From: Octopus vulgaris
Taxonomy: Eukaryota
DNA: 64,000 nt
NCBI GenBank assembly: GCA_951406725.2
Contig: OX597833.1
Location: forward strand, 25,854,001-25,918,000
Reading direction: 5' to 3'
The stretch's first letter is position 1. Each line of letters opens with the position of its first letter. Shown in pieces: positions 63,301 through 64,000 of the stretch. The notes under the pieces are model-generated. The model was not told where the DNA came from. It saw nothing but the letters and a program-made list of their open reading frames with translations, and made no database searches. A program made the translations under genes and the position numbers.

Positions 63301-64000
63301 CACTATTCTTATCTCTTTCTTTTATAAATACCCTGTTGGTAACGGTCTACTAGATTATAGCTCCCTAGTAGACACTTGAGGCAAGGATTCCCTTTCCTAT
63401 CAGTTGAGCCCACACTATCGTCCCGTGCATCGAGGATAGTATTGAGGTTCCCTACCAAAACTAACGTGTTGGACGTCACTAGAAAGTGCTCCAGGTCCCG
63501 GTAAAAACTAGACTGCCTACACTCCTTAAAGTCATAGACAGCTACCAGCATGAAGGACAGCTTACTGACATGAGTCACATCCAGGACAACCAGCCTGCCT
63601 TCTGGGTCCAGAAAGACAGTACTTATCAGTAAGTCCAAGTTCTTCCTGATAAGAACTGTCACACCTGTACCTCCTCCTCAGCTATGAGAAATAAATTTCT
63701 TGTAACCACTCAGAAGAAGCGAGAACGCTTGAGGTCCACTCATCTTGGACTTGATTACAATAGCCACATTTATTCTATGTGTCGTGAGATCGTTCAGGAA
63801 ACAAGCCTATTTCCATCTTGATCCCATTCCACGCACATTTAAACAAGCTAACTTAATCATCAAAGAAAGAAAAATAAATTACTTACGGTTATGAGAGGGA
63901 GCATGGCAGTTTATGTTTGCATGCCTCCCCAGCACTCCTCGTAGTTGCTGGGATTTTCACCGACGTTGCCACCGGGCTCTGGGTTGGAGTGGCTGCCGGG
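60320..64000 (-). mobile_element. Tx1/L1-clade LINE with decayed ORF2, extending beyond the window
   Basis: ORF2 starts at ~63860 (MIKLACLNVRG); APE motifs (DPEGRLVVLDV, DHKLV), GPGYWKMN, NYRPITLLN, LDQSKAFD, SAYADDVT and zinc finger CPRCG..ETVQHAF; stops and frameshifts; AATAAA on the minus strand at 60326-60331. Confidence 0.9.

Noticed and set aside
1-64000. CRISPR arrays, operons, rRNA genes
   Set aside because: The sequence is eukaryotic; no repeat-spacer array or rRNA-like segment was seen.

Overview
AT-rich, microsatellite-dense animal genomic DNA, most likely an octopus/coleoid cephalopod (inferred from recalled similarity of the SINEs). The only credible host genes are three paralogous single-coding-exon class A GPCRs in tandem on the minus strand (19511-20428, 32349-33359, 53809-54822), each with a splice-acceptor-like site shortly upstream of its ATG. 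The rest is mostly transposon material: a Tc1 element, a near-full-length dead RTE LINE ending in three C2H2 fingers, CR1-group and Tx1/L1-like LINEs, a non-autonomous Helitron, a mariner MITE and three tRNA-SINE families. The main structure invisible in the ORF track is about 11 minimal hammerhead-ribozyme (HHR)-like motifs from several Penelope-like element (PLE) families, mostly inside fold-back insertions. These include a ~1.44-kb near-perfect palindrome upstream of the third GPCR and a PLE family whose 3' repeat places a tRNA-like Pol III promoter upstream of the hammerhead. Most short ORFs in the track are microsatellite artefacts. Repeat boundaries were read by eye and are approximate.
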